From a virus (Duplodnaviria; Caudoviricetes): a DNA stretch of 33,844 bases. The position numbers and the translations under genes were made by a program. Below, in pieces: positions 8,450 through 17,134 of this stretch; the stretch's first letter is position 1; every line of letters starts with the position of its first letter. Under the pieces are notes generated by a model. The model did no database searches. It worked only from the letters and a program-made list of their open reading frames with translations, and was not told the origin of the DNA. The DNA is taken from the IMG/VR virus record IMGVR_UViG_3300023293_000007, positions 1 to 33,844 of that record. One strand, written 5' to 3'.

Positions 8450-10549
8450 GTGAACGTGGAACTTAAACCATTAGAAAAAGATGACATTGAAAATATTGCT
8501 CGCGAAGCAATTATGGACGCTATTGATTTTGTTGAGTCAGAAGTAGCTGAAGATCGCATTAGAGCGCAACGATACTATAATGGTGAAGTTGACATTGGTG
8601 AAGAAGATGGCCGATCCACTGTTGTTGCCACTAAAGTGCGTGACGCTGTGCGTTCAATTAAGCCAAGCCTGCTAAGAGTATTTTTATCTACTGATCGCTT
8701 TGTAGAGTTTGTTCCTACTGGACCAGAGGATGTAGAGTTTGCTGAACAGGCAACTAAATACATACAATACAAGTTTCAAGAGCTTGGTGGATACGACATA
8801 TTAAACGATGCCTTCCATGACGCCTTATTAAAGAAGAACGGTATTGTTAAAGTTTATTGGGATACTTATTCTGAGGCTGAGTCTTATACTTTTAACAACC
8901 TTAATGACATGGAATTTTCTACCATTGTTAATGAGCAAGATGTTGAGGTTGTTGAACACACGACTAAGATGAGCGTTGAAATAGATGAGTATGGCACTCA
9001 AGTAGAGACACCTCGGCACGATTTAAAGATCAGCCGAATTAGTGAGCTAGGTGATCTTTGCGTGGAGTCTGTACCTCCAGAAGAGTTTTTTGTTGATCGC
9101 AACGCCACTTCAATTGATGACGCCTATGTTGTCGGCCATCGTACTGAGGTTAGGGTGAGCGATTTAGTATCTATGGGATACGACTTTGACGAAGTTTCCG
9201 AGCTGTCTGGTTTGGGTCATTCTGACACCTTCTCTGATGTAGAAAGATACGAACGCAGGGGTTATGAGTCAGACTATAACTCTGATAACGTACAAGACCC
9301 CTCTATGCGTATCGTTGCTCTAACTGAGCTATACATGAAGATGGACGTTGATGGGACTGGCGTAGCAGAAATGCAAAAGCTTACCCTTGGCGGCAATGAC
9401 TACCAGTTATTAGATGTTGAGCCTTGGGGTGATGCTCCATTTGCCGTGTTTGAGGTAGAGCCGGAGCCACACACATTTTATGGCATCTCTATTGCTGATC
9501 TTATAATGAATGACCAGGATGCTGCAACTGCTATGTTGCGAGGTGTTTTGGATAATGTTGCACTGACTAACAACCCTAGAACAGAAATTGTTGATGGTGC
9601 CGTAAATGTTGACGACATGCTTAATAATGAAATTGGCGGCATTGTTCGTGTTAAGCAGGCTGGCGCTATCAACCAGTTAACTGTGCCATTTGTTGCCGGT
9701 CAGACGTTAGAGGCTATTCGCTATTATGACGCTGAGATTGAGAATAAATTAGGCATCTCTAAGGCAAGCCTGGGACTGAATCCAGACGCCCTTAAAGCAA
9801 CTACAGCTACAGCAGTACAAGCTACTATTGCAGGAGCCGCAGGTCAAACTGAGGTAATTGCTAGAAATCTGGCTGAGGGCGGCGTCCGTAGAATGTTTAA
9901 GCTGATGCTGAAATTGGTTATTGAAAACTGTGATGAAGAGAAGATGATGCGTATTAGTGGGCAAGATTATGAGCCTGTTGATCCTCGATCATGGAACAAG
10001 AAAATGGATGCCTCTGTCAATGTGGGATTAGGAACAGGCAGAGAAGACCAAAGAAACGCAGCTCTTGCCCAGGCACTACAGATGCAAATGCAGATATTCC
10101 AGGCATACGGCCCCTCTAACGGCCTTGTAAGCATGACGCAGATTAGGAATACCTTGGCAGACATGCTAGCATTAAACGGCGTTAGAAACGCTGACAGGTA
10201 CTTTACGCCCATGACTGTGGAGATGGAGCAGCAGATGCTAGCACAGCAGCAGCAAGGACAGCAGCAGCCTCAGATGGATCAGGCAACCGCCTATCTACAG
10301 GCAGAGCAATTAAAGGCTCAGGCTAAGTCTCAAACAGATATGGCTAAAATACAAATTGATGCTCAGAAGGCTATAGCAGCAGATGATAGGGATAGGGATC
10401 AAATGGATCAAAACCTGTTAGTTTCTGCTGCCGAGATTTTAGGCAAATATGGTACCGCTGTTGACGTAGCGCAGATTCAGCAATTGAAGAATGCTCCACG
10501 GTATCCGGCAGAAGCTCCTGCTGAAGCAGTCACTGGAGGTAGGTTCTGA
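8450..10549 (+). CDS. portal protein (P22-like, with Gln-rich C-terminal barrel)
   Basis: 699 aa; 'RYYNGE','DALLKKNGIVKVYW','VPPEEFFVD','VNVGLG'; precedes scaffold and capsid. Confidence 0.9.
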   Translation: MNVELKPLEKDDIENIAREAIMDAIDFVESEVAEDRIRAQRYYNGEVDIGEEDGRSTVVATKVRDAVRSIKPSLLRVFLSTDRFVEFVPTGPEDVEFAEQATKYIQYKFQELGGYDILNDAFHDALLKKNGIVKVYWDTYSEAESYTFNNLNDMEFSTIVNEQDVEVVEHTTKMSVEIDEYGTQVETPRHDLKISRISELGDLCVESVPPEEFFVDRNATSIDDAYVVGHRTEVRVSDLVSMGYDFDEVSELSGLGHSDTFSDVERYERRGYESDYNSDNVQDPSMRIVALTELYMKMDVDGTGVAEMQKLTLGGNDYQLLDVEPWGDAPFAVFEVEPEPHTFYGISIADLIMNDQDAATAMLRGVLDNVALTNNPRTEIVDGAVNVDDMLNNEIGGIVRVKQAGAINQLTVPFVAGQTLEAIRYYDAEIENKLGISKASLGLNPDALKATTATAVQATIAGAAGQTEVIARNLAEGGVRRMFKLMLKLVIENCDEEKMMRISGQDYEPVDPRSWNKKMDASVNVGLGTGREDQRNAALAQALQMQMQIFQAYGPSNGLVSMTQIRNTLADMLALNGVRNADRYFTPMTVEMEQQMLAQQQQGQQQPQMDQATAYLQAEQLKAQAKSQTDMAKIQIDAQKAIAADDRDRDQMDQNLLVSAAEILGKYGTAVDVAQIQQLKNAPRYPAEAPAEAVTGGRF

Positions 10550-10809
10550 ATATAAAAGATAGGGCGTCCCGAATTAGGACGCTTACCAATGACGATACCT
10601 TTAAGGAAGTCATTAGCGAAATTCAGCAAATGCAGGTTTCTGTGTTTCTGAACAGCCAGTCTCAAATTGAGGCTATTAACGATGCACACGACATAATTCG
10701 TGCGCTAGACCGTATCGAGGATTACTTCCAAACCGTACTAATGGAAGAAGCAATCTTTGACAAGAAAGAAAAAGGAGCAGCACCGTGGAAGCGACTGAAG
10801 CCGCAGTAG
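10546..10809 (+). CDS. small conserved-position protein between portal and scaffold (87 aa, probable CTG start)
   Basis: Open frame (M)NIKDRASRIRTLTNDDTFKEVI...KRLKPQ fills the gap; GGAGGT at 10535-10540, CTGA overlap with portal stop; absent from ORF track. Confidence 0.7.
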   Translation: MNIKDRASRIRTLTNDDTFKEVISEIQQMQVSVFLNSQSQIEAINDAHDIIRALDRIEDYFQTVLMEEAIFDKKEKGAAPWKRLKPQ

Positions 10810-11774
10810 AAATGGATGGCACCATTGAGGGAGCCATTGCAAGTTTAATCGAGCCAGAAGAGACCTTAGAGGACGGGTTAGATGATGAGTCCGAGGGTGA
10901 TGATGGTGTAGAGGATGATGAGCAAGAGCCTGATTCGGAAGAAGATGATGACGAAGAATCAGATGAGGAGCAGGATGACTCCGAGGACGACGAAGAAGAT
11001 ACTGACGATGCCGTTCAGTCGGGCCAGACGCACTCTGTTAAAATAAATGGAGAGGAAGTGTCTGTAACCCTAGAAGAACTCAAGCAAGGATACAGTGGTC
11101 AAAAGTACGTCCAGCAAGGTATGCAGCAAGCTGCGTCACAGCGCAAGCAAGCTGAAGAGGTTTATAATGCCTTGTTAAGTGAGCGACAAAATATTGCTCA
11201 ATTGTACCAGCAAGTTCAGTCTGGAGGCTTTACGCAACCACCTGTTCAACCATCGAGAGCATTGTTTGACACAGACCCCATAGGATATATGGACGCCAAA
11301 CTGCGATACGATGAGGACTTAGGTGCCCACCAAAACCAAATGCGTCAGCTTGAGTCAGTAACTGCACAACAATCTCAAGCGCAGGAGGCGGCACAGAAAG
11401 CGTACCTACAGCAAGAAATGGCTACATTACAACAAGTGATACCTGAATTTTCTGACCAGAAGAAGGCTTCCGCAGTACGCGATAAGATGCTAAAGCTGGG
11501 TACAGAAGTTTACGGATACCAGGCTGACGAGATTGGTCAGATTATGGACCATCGTGCTATTAGAGTTTTGCATGATGCCATAAAGTACCGTGAGATCATG
11601 GGAGGTAAAAAAGCCGCTGAAGATAAAGCTAATCCTGCAAATCGCCGCAAGCGACCAGTAAAAGCTGGATCTAAACCTACAATTAATAGCAAGAAAAAAG
11701 TCGCTCAGAGACGATCTAAACTAAGTGCTTCCGGCAGCATTGAAGATGCTCTGGGGCTTATTCTAAATACTTGA
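10785..11774 (+). CDS. capsid scaffolding protein
   Basis: Very acidic N-terminus, 'VKINGEEVSVTLEELKQGYS', coiled coil, basic C-terminus; directly upstream of capsid gene. Confidence 0.85.
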   Translation: MEATEAAVEMDGTIEGAIASLIEPEETLEDGLDDESEGDDGVEDDEQEPDSEEDDDEESDEEQDDSEDDEEDTDDAVQSGQTHSVKINGEEVSVTLEELKQGYSGQKYVQQGMQQAASQRKQAEEVYNALLSERQNIAQLYQQVQSGGFTQPPVQPSRALFDTDPIGYMDAKLRYDEDLGAHQNQMRQLESVTAQQSQAQEAAQKAYLQQEMATLQQVIPEFSDQKKASAVRDKMLKLGTEVYGYQADEIGQIMDHRAIRVLHDAIKYREIMGGKKAAEDKANPANRRKRPVKAGSKPTINSKKKVAQRRSKLSASGSIEDALGLILNT

Positions 11775-11784
11775 GGAAATTGAC

Positions 11785-12741
11785 ATGGCACAGCCAATTA
11801 ATACTTTTGACACATATGATTCCGTTGGAATCAGGGAAGACCTACAGGACGTAATTTATCAGATTAGCCCTGAAGAGACTCCTTTTTATTCAGCCAGCAA
11901 GAAAGTGAAAGCCTCTAACACTCTACACGAGTGGCAGACTGACACTTTACGCGCAAGTGCTGATAACAAGCACATCGAGGGAGATGACACTACTTCTGAA
12001 GCTCGCAGTGCTACTTCTCGCCTTGGCAACTACACGCAAATCTTTAAGAATTCTGTGTCGATTCCTGACACTGATGAAGCCATAAAGAAAGCAGGTAGGT
12101 CAGCGGAAATTGCGTACCAAACTCTAAAAATTGCAAAAGAGCAGAAATTAGATATTGAAAAAGCCCTTTTTGCTAACAACGCTAGAGTTGCTGGCAATGC
12201 CACTACTGCTCGCGAACTTGCTGGCGCTCCTGCCTGGTTGGTAACTAACGTAAACTTCCAGTCTGGCGACAGTGGTGCAGATCCAACTGGTGACGGTACT
12301 GATGCTCGTACAGATGACGATACTCCCACTGACTTTACTCAAGCTAAATTCGATGCAACTATGCAAAGCATTTGGTCTGAGGGTGGCAAGCCTGACGTTT
12401 GCTATTTGTCTGCGTACCAGATGGACATTGCTCTTGGATTTACCGGTAACAACAACCAGCGTTCTTCTGTTCAAGCTGGCGACAAGAAGGTTGTTAAGTC
12501 ACTAGACGTTTATGTGACTCCCTGGGGAACTGTTGAGTTCGCACCTACCCGCGAAAACCGTGGCCGTGATGTGTTCATTATGCAAAGCGATATGTGGTGT
12601 GTTGGTCTGCTTCGTCCGACCAAGAACACTGCACTAGCCAAAACTGGTGACTCCACTCGCCGTCAAGTTCTTACTGAGCTAACTTTAGTCTGTAAGAATG
12701 AGAAGGCTTCTGGTATCATAGCTGACAACACCGTTTCTTAA
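11785..12741 (+). CDS. major capsid protein (DUF5309/SU10-like family)
   Basis: 'GIREDLQDVIYQISPEETPF','HEWQTD','NYTQIF','LAKTGD'; GAGG RBS; followed by terminator. Confidence 0.9.
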   Translation: MAQPINTFDTYDSVGIREDLQDVIYQISPEETPFYSASKKVKASNTLHEWQTDTLRASADNKHIEGDDTTSEARSATSRLGNYTQIFKNSVSIPDTDEAIKKAGRSAEIAYQTLKIAKEQKLDIEKALFANNARVAGNATTARELAGAPAWLVTNVNFQSGDSGADPTGDGTDARTDDDTPTDFTQAKFDATMQSIWSEGGKPDVCYLSAYQMDIALGFTGNNNQRSSVQAGDKKVVKSLDVYVTPWGTVEFAPTRENRGRDVFIMQSDMWCVGLLRPTKNTALAKTGDSTRRQVLTELTLVCKNEKASGIIADNTVS

Positions 12742-12756
12742 TATAAGCAACACTAG

Positions 12757-12784
12757 AAGGGGTACTTAGGTGCCCCTTTTTTTT
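12757..12784 (+). terminator. rho-independent terminator after capsid gene
   Basis: AAGGGGTAC-TTAG-GTGCCCCTT hairpin running into a T8 tract. Confidence 0.85.
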
Positions 12785-12794
12785 GGAGAAAAAT

Positions 12795-13082
12795 ATGAAA
12801 ATTGGAGAGAAAGTCCATTTTGATGGAAGTGATAAGTTTGTGATTGAGACTATTCACGACAATACTCCGTATCTCGAACAAGCTAAGATCATCCGAGATG
12901 CTGGCGCTGGGATAAAGGGCGACAACAAGTTGGTGGGTAGAATCCCTATGCACATGGTATCTCAATGGCTAAAAGAGGCTGGAATTAAGTGGGATGACCA
13001 CGAAGCTAAAAAAGATTTGATTAGAACAAAAATGCTATCAGGAGAGTTTGACGCCTTTAGAATATGGAAGGGAACCTATTAA
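12795..13082 (+). CDS. hypothetical protein (post-capsid)
   Basis: ATG 12795 after GGAG; 95 aa; TAATG coupling to the next gene. Confidence 0.75.
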   Translation: MKIGEKVHFDGSDKFVIETIHDNTPYLEQAKIIRDAGAGIKGDNKLVGRIPMHMVSQWLKEAGIKWDDHEAKKDLIRTKMLSGEFDAFRIWKGTY

Positions 13083-13432
13083 TGGAAGATTTGAAGTATT
13101 TTAAGCTATCAGATTTTGATTGCCAGGAGACTGGTGAGAATGAGATGAACGAGGATTTCTTGATAAAACTTGATAGCCTTAGACATGAATGCGGATTCCC
13201 TTTTATCGTCACCTCTGGGTATAGATCACCCCAGCACTCTATTGAGATGCGTAAAGCTAAAGCAGGAACACACTCTAAAGGAATAGCCTCGGACATTAAG
13301 ATAAACAATGGCGCTGAAGGCTATGTAATCGTTTCTAAGGCGATTCAGATGGGATTTAAGGGCATAGGGGTGGCTAAGACTTTCATTCACTTAGATGCTC
13401 GTAAGACCATGCCTGTTATCTGGAGTTATTAA
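13082..13432 (+). CDS. peptidase M15 family Zn-peptidase, probable endolysin
   Basis: 'YFKLSDFDC','SGYRSPQH','HSKGIASD','FIHLD' (H, D, H Zn ligands). Confidence 0.85.
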   Translation: MEDLKYFKLSDFDCQETGENEMNEDFLIKLDSLRHECGFPFIVTSGYRSPQHSIEMRKAKAGTHSKGIASDIKINNGAEGYVIVSKAIQMGFKGIGVAKTFIHLDARKTMPVIWSY

Positions 13433-13449
13433 AAAGCCCCCGAAGGGGC
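13431..13449 (-). terminator. rho-independent terminator of the leftward operon
   Basis: Minus strand GCCCC-TTCG-GGGGC-TTTTT at the convergence of two operons. Confidence 0.85.
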
Positions 13450-13483
13450 AAAACGGCAGAGTCAAACAAGGGTATAACTTAGA

Positions 13484-13717
13484 TTATACATCAAAACTAG
13501 GGTGATGCAACCTTAACTCTTCTTCAGTCGGTGGCTCCATAAATAAATCCTTAGCTTCCTCAATCTCTAGCCAGATCATATCTATCTCCTTTCTTCCGTA
13601 AACAGCAAGGGCAGACCCATAGATAACAGCCTCAGTAATAGAATCTAACCTTTCAGTAACGTCCGTTAAACCGTACTTAATAGCGTTTATTCTTAACTCC
13701 TCCAGGTATCCAGTCAT
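13484..13717 (-). CDS. hypothetical protein
   Basis: 77 aa, ATGA overlap, GGAG RBS. Confidence 0.7.
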   Translation of the reverse strand: MTGYLEELRINAIKYGLTDVTERLDSITEAVIYGSALAVYGRKEIDMIWLEIEEAKDLFMEPPTEEELRLHHPSFDV

Positions 13718-14121
13718 TGCAGTCTCTCCTCATGGTGTTTAATCTGACTTTCAAATTCTGCTAACATTTCTCGGTAGTCAGCCACATAAAACTTCTTTAA
13801 CTTTCGCTTATCTTCGTGCATCTTCTCAACAAAGTCCAGTCCGTAGTAATTAATCATCCATAACGTGTACTGTCCTTCAGCGCTTCCATGCTTCATGCCA
13901 AAACCATTGCACCCTTTGCACTGGGGATGAACATTCTCAATCTCTAAAGCCCAATAAGAACTAGAACCTTTTGCAATGAAATGTCCTCCGTCACAATCCT
14001 TCCAGTGCATTCTCTTATTATCACAAGATACACATTGAACCATTCCATATTCATCAGCCGCAGATATTCTTGCTAACTTCTGTATTTTTTCTAAACATTT
14101 CGCTCTTAAAGTTTTAGCCAT
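13714..14121 (-). CDS. ninG: NinG/Rap-like junction endonuclease
   Basis: 'CVSC...DGGHF...NVHPQCKGCN' His-Cys pattern. Confidence 0.85.
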   Translation of the reverse strand: MAKTLRAKCLEKIQKLARISAADEYGMVQCVSCDNKRMHWKDCDGGHFIAKGSSSYWALEIENVHPQCKGCNGFGMKHGSAEGQYTLWMINYYGLDFVEKMHEDKRKLKKFYVADYREMLAEFESQIKHHEERLQ

Positions 14122-14223
14122 TTTAAGCTCCGTTTAAGCTCCGTTATGCCATACCCAGTAGGGTAGCTTATGTTTTGCGCTAAAGTCCCTGTAACGTTCG
14201 ATATGGGGTGTTAAAACGCACAT

Positions 14224-14385
14224 CTAGGTACGGTTCCTGCCTGCCTTCTTCCTTTGCCTTTCCAAATCTTTAGACTTTTCCTTTTCGCGTCTATGTTCTA
14301 ACTCTTCATCGAGAACCATAAGGAACCAACCCCACATAAATACGGCTACTATGACAATGAATATTACTGCGATTATCTGTTCCAT
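14224..14385 (-). CDS. small single-TM protein (53 aa)
   Basis: MEQIIAVIFIVIVAVFMWGWFLMVLDEE... ; TAATG coupling; not in ORF track. Confidence 0.6.
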   Translation of the reverse strand: MEQIIAVIFIVIVAVFMWGWFLMVLDEELEHRREKEKSKDLERQRKKAGRNRT

Positions 14386-14837
14386 TATTCCACCTGTTTA
14401 CGTTTAAGTTTTGAGTAATCACTATCCATAGGGACGGTTAACATAACGCCTCCCTTTGTGGCTAGGTCATACACCTGATCTAAAAAGAAACACCATTCAC
14501 CTGCTGATAACTTGTTTGTGCTTTTAACCTGCCCTGCTACGATAGTAGACTTAAACTCGTAGTCTTGGGTCCCTAAGAATTTATGCTTCATTAGCATCTT
14601 GATGGTTGCTTCATCTTCTGGGGTGGGCTTTTCCTTTATCCACTTCCCTGCTATCTCCCTGCACCACATATGAAACAGTCTACTTTGCGATGTTGAGGTA
14701 ACAGGAACGTACGCTTCTACCCTGATAACACAAGGAGCGGTGTAGTCCCAAGCCTGTATTCGTTTGGTTAAGTACTCCATACGCTTCTCAATATCATTCC
14801 TTGAGGTGATTTTAACGTGATCGCCTTGAGTAATCAT
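14385..14837 (-). CDS. NinB/YbcN-like recombination accessory protein
   Basis: 'SQSRLFHMWCREIA...K.LMKHKFLG...STNKLSAGEW..FLDQV' pattern; adjacent to ninG-like gene. Confidence 0.7.
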   Translation of the reverse strand: MITQGDHVKITSRNDIEKRMEYLTKRIQAWDYTAPCVIRVEAYVPVTSTSQSRLFHMWCREIAGKWIKEKPTPEDEATIKMLMKHKFLGTQDYEFKSTIVAGQVKSTNKLSAGEWCFFLDQVYDLATKGGVMLTVPMDSDYSKLKRKQVE

Positions 14838-14974
14838 CGTGAAGTCCTCGCTACAATGTAACTAGCCGTTATTCCTAAGCTTACGAATGCCAGCGCGGTG
14901 CTGCCTGTAAAAAGGTGTGCAACGTAAGACAAGACGGCAAGCACAATTAATATTTTCTGGGATTTGGTAATCAT
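14834..14974 (-). CDS. small two-TM protein (46 aa)
   Basis: MITKSQKILIVLAVLSYVAHLFTGSTALAFVSLGITASYIVARTSR; ATGA overlaps at both ends. Confidence 0.6.
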   Translation of the reverse strand: MITKSQKILIVLAVLSYVAHLFTGSTALAFVSLGITASYIVARTSR

Positions 14975-15399
14975 ACAAGTTTCCTTCTCATCCATTGTGC
15001 GTTTAGGCTATCAGTGGTCTTTTTGGTAACGTAGATAGGCTTCACCCTCAAGTCATTTGCCGTACAGACCTTTCTTTTGTTTAACCTTCCGTTCATAGCC
15101 TGTCCTGTTATTCCACAGACCGCACCTAATTGCTTTAGTGTATAAATCTGATCTGTGATTAACTCTTTATGCTTTCCTATAAACCTAACCCAAATAACAT
15201 TATCCTTCTTGGGTCTAGCAAAAACAGACTCTTTAGCTTTTGTCTTGCCTCGTAACCTAACATAGATAAGATCATAGGACATATCATAAGCTTTAGCTAA
15301 TTCAACAATCGAATATCTTTTCCCTGAGATTAGCTTGTCGTTAGTCCCTGTATATTCCATCATGTGTGGCGGTGGTGCGCCAAGTTCTTTAACTGGCAT
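14971..15399 (-). CDS. hypothetical protein with two tandem HTH-like repeats
   Basis: 'YTGTNDKLISGKRYSIVELAKAY..RLRGK' and 'FIGKHKELITDQIYTLKQLGAVC..RLNKR'; GGAGGAG RBS. Confidence 0.6.
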   Translation of the reverse strand: MPVKELGAPPPHMMEYTGTNDKLISGKRYSIVELAKAYDMSYDLIYVRLRGKTKAKESVFARPKKDNVIWVRFIGKHKELITDQIYTLKQLGAVCGITGQAMNGRLNKRKVCTANDLRVKPIYVTKKTTDSLNAQWMRRKLV

Positions 15400-15625
15400 T
15401 GTCTTTCTCCTCCTTTACCCAACGATTACCCAAGATTAAATACTGCATCTTTCGCCAAAACCAATTAGGCTCTTTACCCTTATATGGAATCCAAGTCAGA
15501 CTCGTGGCCGACCCACCAAACAGGTAACACTTCCAATCAGAATACTCAGGTTGTGTAAAAGAGCATATATCCGCAGGGTCTAGGTAGACTGAGCCACTTG
15601 CAACCTTTTCTTTTAATTCGTCCAT
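15389..15625 (-). CDS. hypothetical protein (last gene of cassette array)
   Basis: ATG supplied by junction repeat; 'PNWFWRKMQYLILGNRW'. Confidence 0.75.
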   Translation of the reverse strand: MDELKEKVASGSVYLDPADICSFTQPEYSDWKCYLFGGSATSLTWIPYKGKEPNWFWRKMQYLILGNRWVKEEKDNAS

Positions 15626-15643
15626 CACTTCACCTCCAGTCGG

Positions 15644-15916
15644 TTATATTTTCTTAAAACAGGTAATGCCAGATGCGGCCTTTAAGGGGATGCGAGACGT
15701 TAATACAACGCACAGCATGGTCGGTGCTTCATTTGGCGTGAACTCATGGACCTCATGCATGTGATCAAGTGTGTAAGTAGTGCCTATAAACTTAGATTCA
15801 CTGGCATCATGTTGTTGATCAACATTACAGGCAGAGAGCAAAAGAAGGCTTGGTATAAGTACCCGTCTAATTGCATCTTTCTTACCCGTCTGATTGCATC
15901 TTTCGGATTCTTTCAT
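15644..15916 (-). CDS. hypothetical protein, possible lipoprotein (cassette)
   Basis: 'RRVLIPSLLLLSAC' lipobox-like; start from junction repeat. Confidence 0.65.
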   Translation of the reverse strand: MKESERCNQTGKKDAIRRVLIPSLLLLSACNVDQQHDASESKFIGTTYTLDHMHEVHEFTPNEAPTMLCVVLTSRIPLKAASGITCFKKI

Positions 15917-15920
15917 CACT

Positions 15921-16094
15921 TCACCCTCTCAAGTGTGGTAAGGGGGCGCTAAACATTTTAATAACATCATCTAGACTAATCATGGTTTCTCCGCCCAGTC
16001 CTTCTTTGTACATTTCTAGACCTGTGACCGTATCCTCTAGCGCGGCCGTATAGCCTTCTCTGTGTGCTTTTTGTAGCTCTTGCTCTTTCTTCAT
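15921..16094 (-). CDS. hypothetical protein, 57 aa (cassette)
   Basis: MKKEQELQKAHREGYTAALEDTVTGLEMYKEG...PHLRG; exactly fills the space between two repeats; not in ORF track. Confidence 0.7.
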   Translation of the reverse strand: MKKEQELQKAHREGYTAALEDTVTGLEMYKEGLGGETMISLDDVIKMFSAPLPHLRG

Positions 16095-16291
16095 CACTTC
16101 ACCCCCACTGGTGTTATTTCACCGCAAAGTATTTTTCGCGATTCTTCAATTAGCTCTTTACTAAAAAACACTTCTAAGTTGACAAGCAATTCACTAGGTC
16201 TTATCTCTGCCGTTTTCTCGTTTGACCACGTGCAATAATGCATCATCTCAACACACAGTCTTAGCGGGTATTTAATCTCTGGCAAATACAT
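16094..16291 (-). CDS. hypothetical protein (cassette)
   Basis: 65 aa, ends PVGVK, TGATG coupling. Confidence 0.75.
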   Translation of the reverse strand: MYLPEIKYPLRLCVEMMHYCTWSNEKTAEIRPSELLVNLEVFFSKELIEESRKILCGEITPVGVK

Positions 16292-16425
16292 CACTTCACC
16301 CCCACTGGTTTTAATAGATAAAATTTAAGGGTGTGCTTTGCCTTGAGCAAGCGATCTTCTGCGATGTCTCTCTCCCGCTCAAACCTTGCTATCGACTCTC
16401 TCAACTCTTTCTCTTCTCTGTTCAT
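16291..16425 (-). CDS. hypothetical coiled-coil protein, 44 aa (cassette)
   Basis: MNREEKELRESIARFERERDIAEDRLLKAKHTLKFYLLKPVGVK; not in ORF track. Confidence 0.7.
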   Translation of the reverse strand: MNREEKELRESIARFERERDIAEDRLLKAKHTLKFYLLKPVGVK

Positions 16426-16631
16426 CGCTTCACTCCTCTAACTCGAAATCTGTCGATTGTAATAATCCTCTTCGTCTTGCTTATCACCCTACAGCAATCA
16501 CCACGCACATGGTCTGCGTCTTTCCAAACCTCATCAATATCCGATATGCGCCCAACTTCAAACATGGAAGTCACTCGACCTTCTTTATCTGTAGGCAGTC
16601 CACACCATCCGCACCTATATAATTTACTCAT
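16422..16631 (-). CDS. hypothetical Cys-containing protein (cassette)
   Basis: 'YRCGWCG..GDCC', ends RGVKR. Confidence 0.7.
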   Translation of the reverse strand: MSKLYRCGWCGLPTDKEGRVTSMFEVGRISDIDEVWKDADHVRGDCCRVISKTKRIITIDRFRVRGVKR

Positions 16632-16894
16632 CACTTCACCCCCACTACAGGTTCATGCGTTTGTTCAAATATGTCAGGCTTGACAGGGTAGAAATTAATA
16701 CCATTCGGCTCCGGAATAATCCAGTCACCTACTTCAATGTTAACAACTTGGTTGTTGTGTATTGTGTGGACGTGCGGCTCATAGCGTTCTCTATTAACCG
16801 AACAAAGCGTTGATCTACACATTCCAGTCACTAATTTCCTATATCCTTTATATTGTTCTGCATCAATTACTACAGGTTTTTTTCTGAATTTCAT
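16631..16894 (-). CDS. common small phage protein of the 'KFRKKPVVIxAxQ ... GDWII ... YPVKPDIFEQT' type (cassette)
   Basis: Recognisable N- and C-terminal motifs; ends VVGVK. Confidence 0.8.
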   Translation of the reverse strand: MKFRKKPVVIDAEQYKGYRKLVTGMCRSTLCSVNRERYEPHVHTIHNNQVVNIEVGDWIIPEPNGINFYPVKPDIFEQTHEPVVGVK

Positions 16895-17133
16895 CACTTC
16901 ACCCCTACTGTGTTGCGTGGCACGATACTCAGGATATAAGGATGCTCTTCACTGTCGTAAGTGTTTATAGCACTATACTCACCAAGTTCTTCATGGTTTT
17001 CTACTGCGTTCATGCCCACCATACGTTTAGTATCAATTAGGGAAATTTCCCCTCTTCGGCACCGCGCCCTCAAGTGCCCTGTTAGGACACCGGAATAACT
17101 TACTGAGTAATCCTCTTCTATAACTAAAAACAT
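16894..17133 (-). CDS. hypothetical protein (cassette)
   Basis: 79 aa, ends TVGVK. Confidence 0.75.
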   Translation of the reverse strand: MFLVIEEDYSVSYSGVLTGHLRARCRRGEISLIDTKRMVGMNAVENHEELGEYSAINTYDSEEHPYILSIVPRNTVGVK

Positions 17134-17134
17134 A

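Noticed and set aside
13470-13480. Sixth copy of the late promoter motif (GGTATAACTT)
   Set aside because: Lacks the final T of the hexamer and the CG discriminator, and points into a convergent gene.
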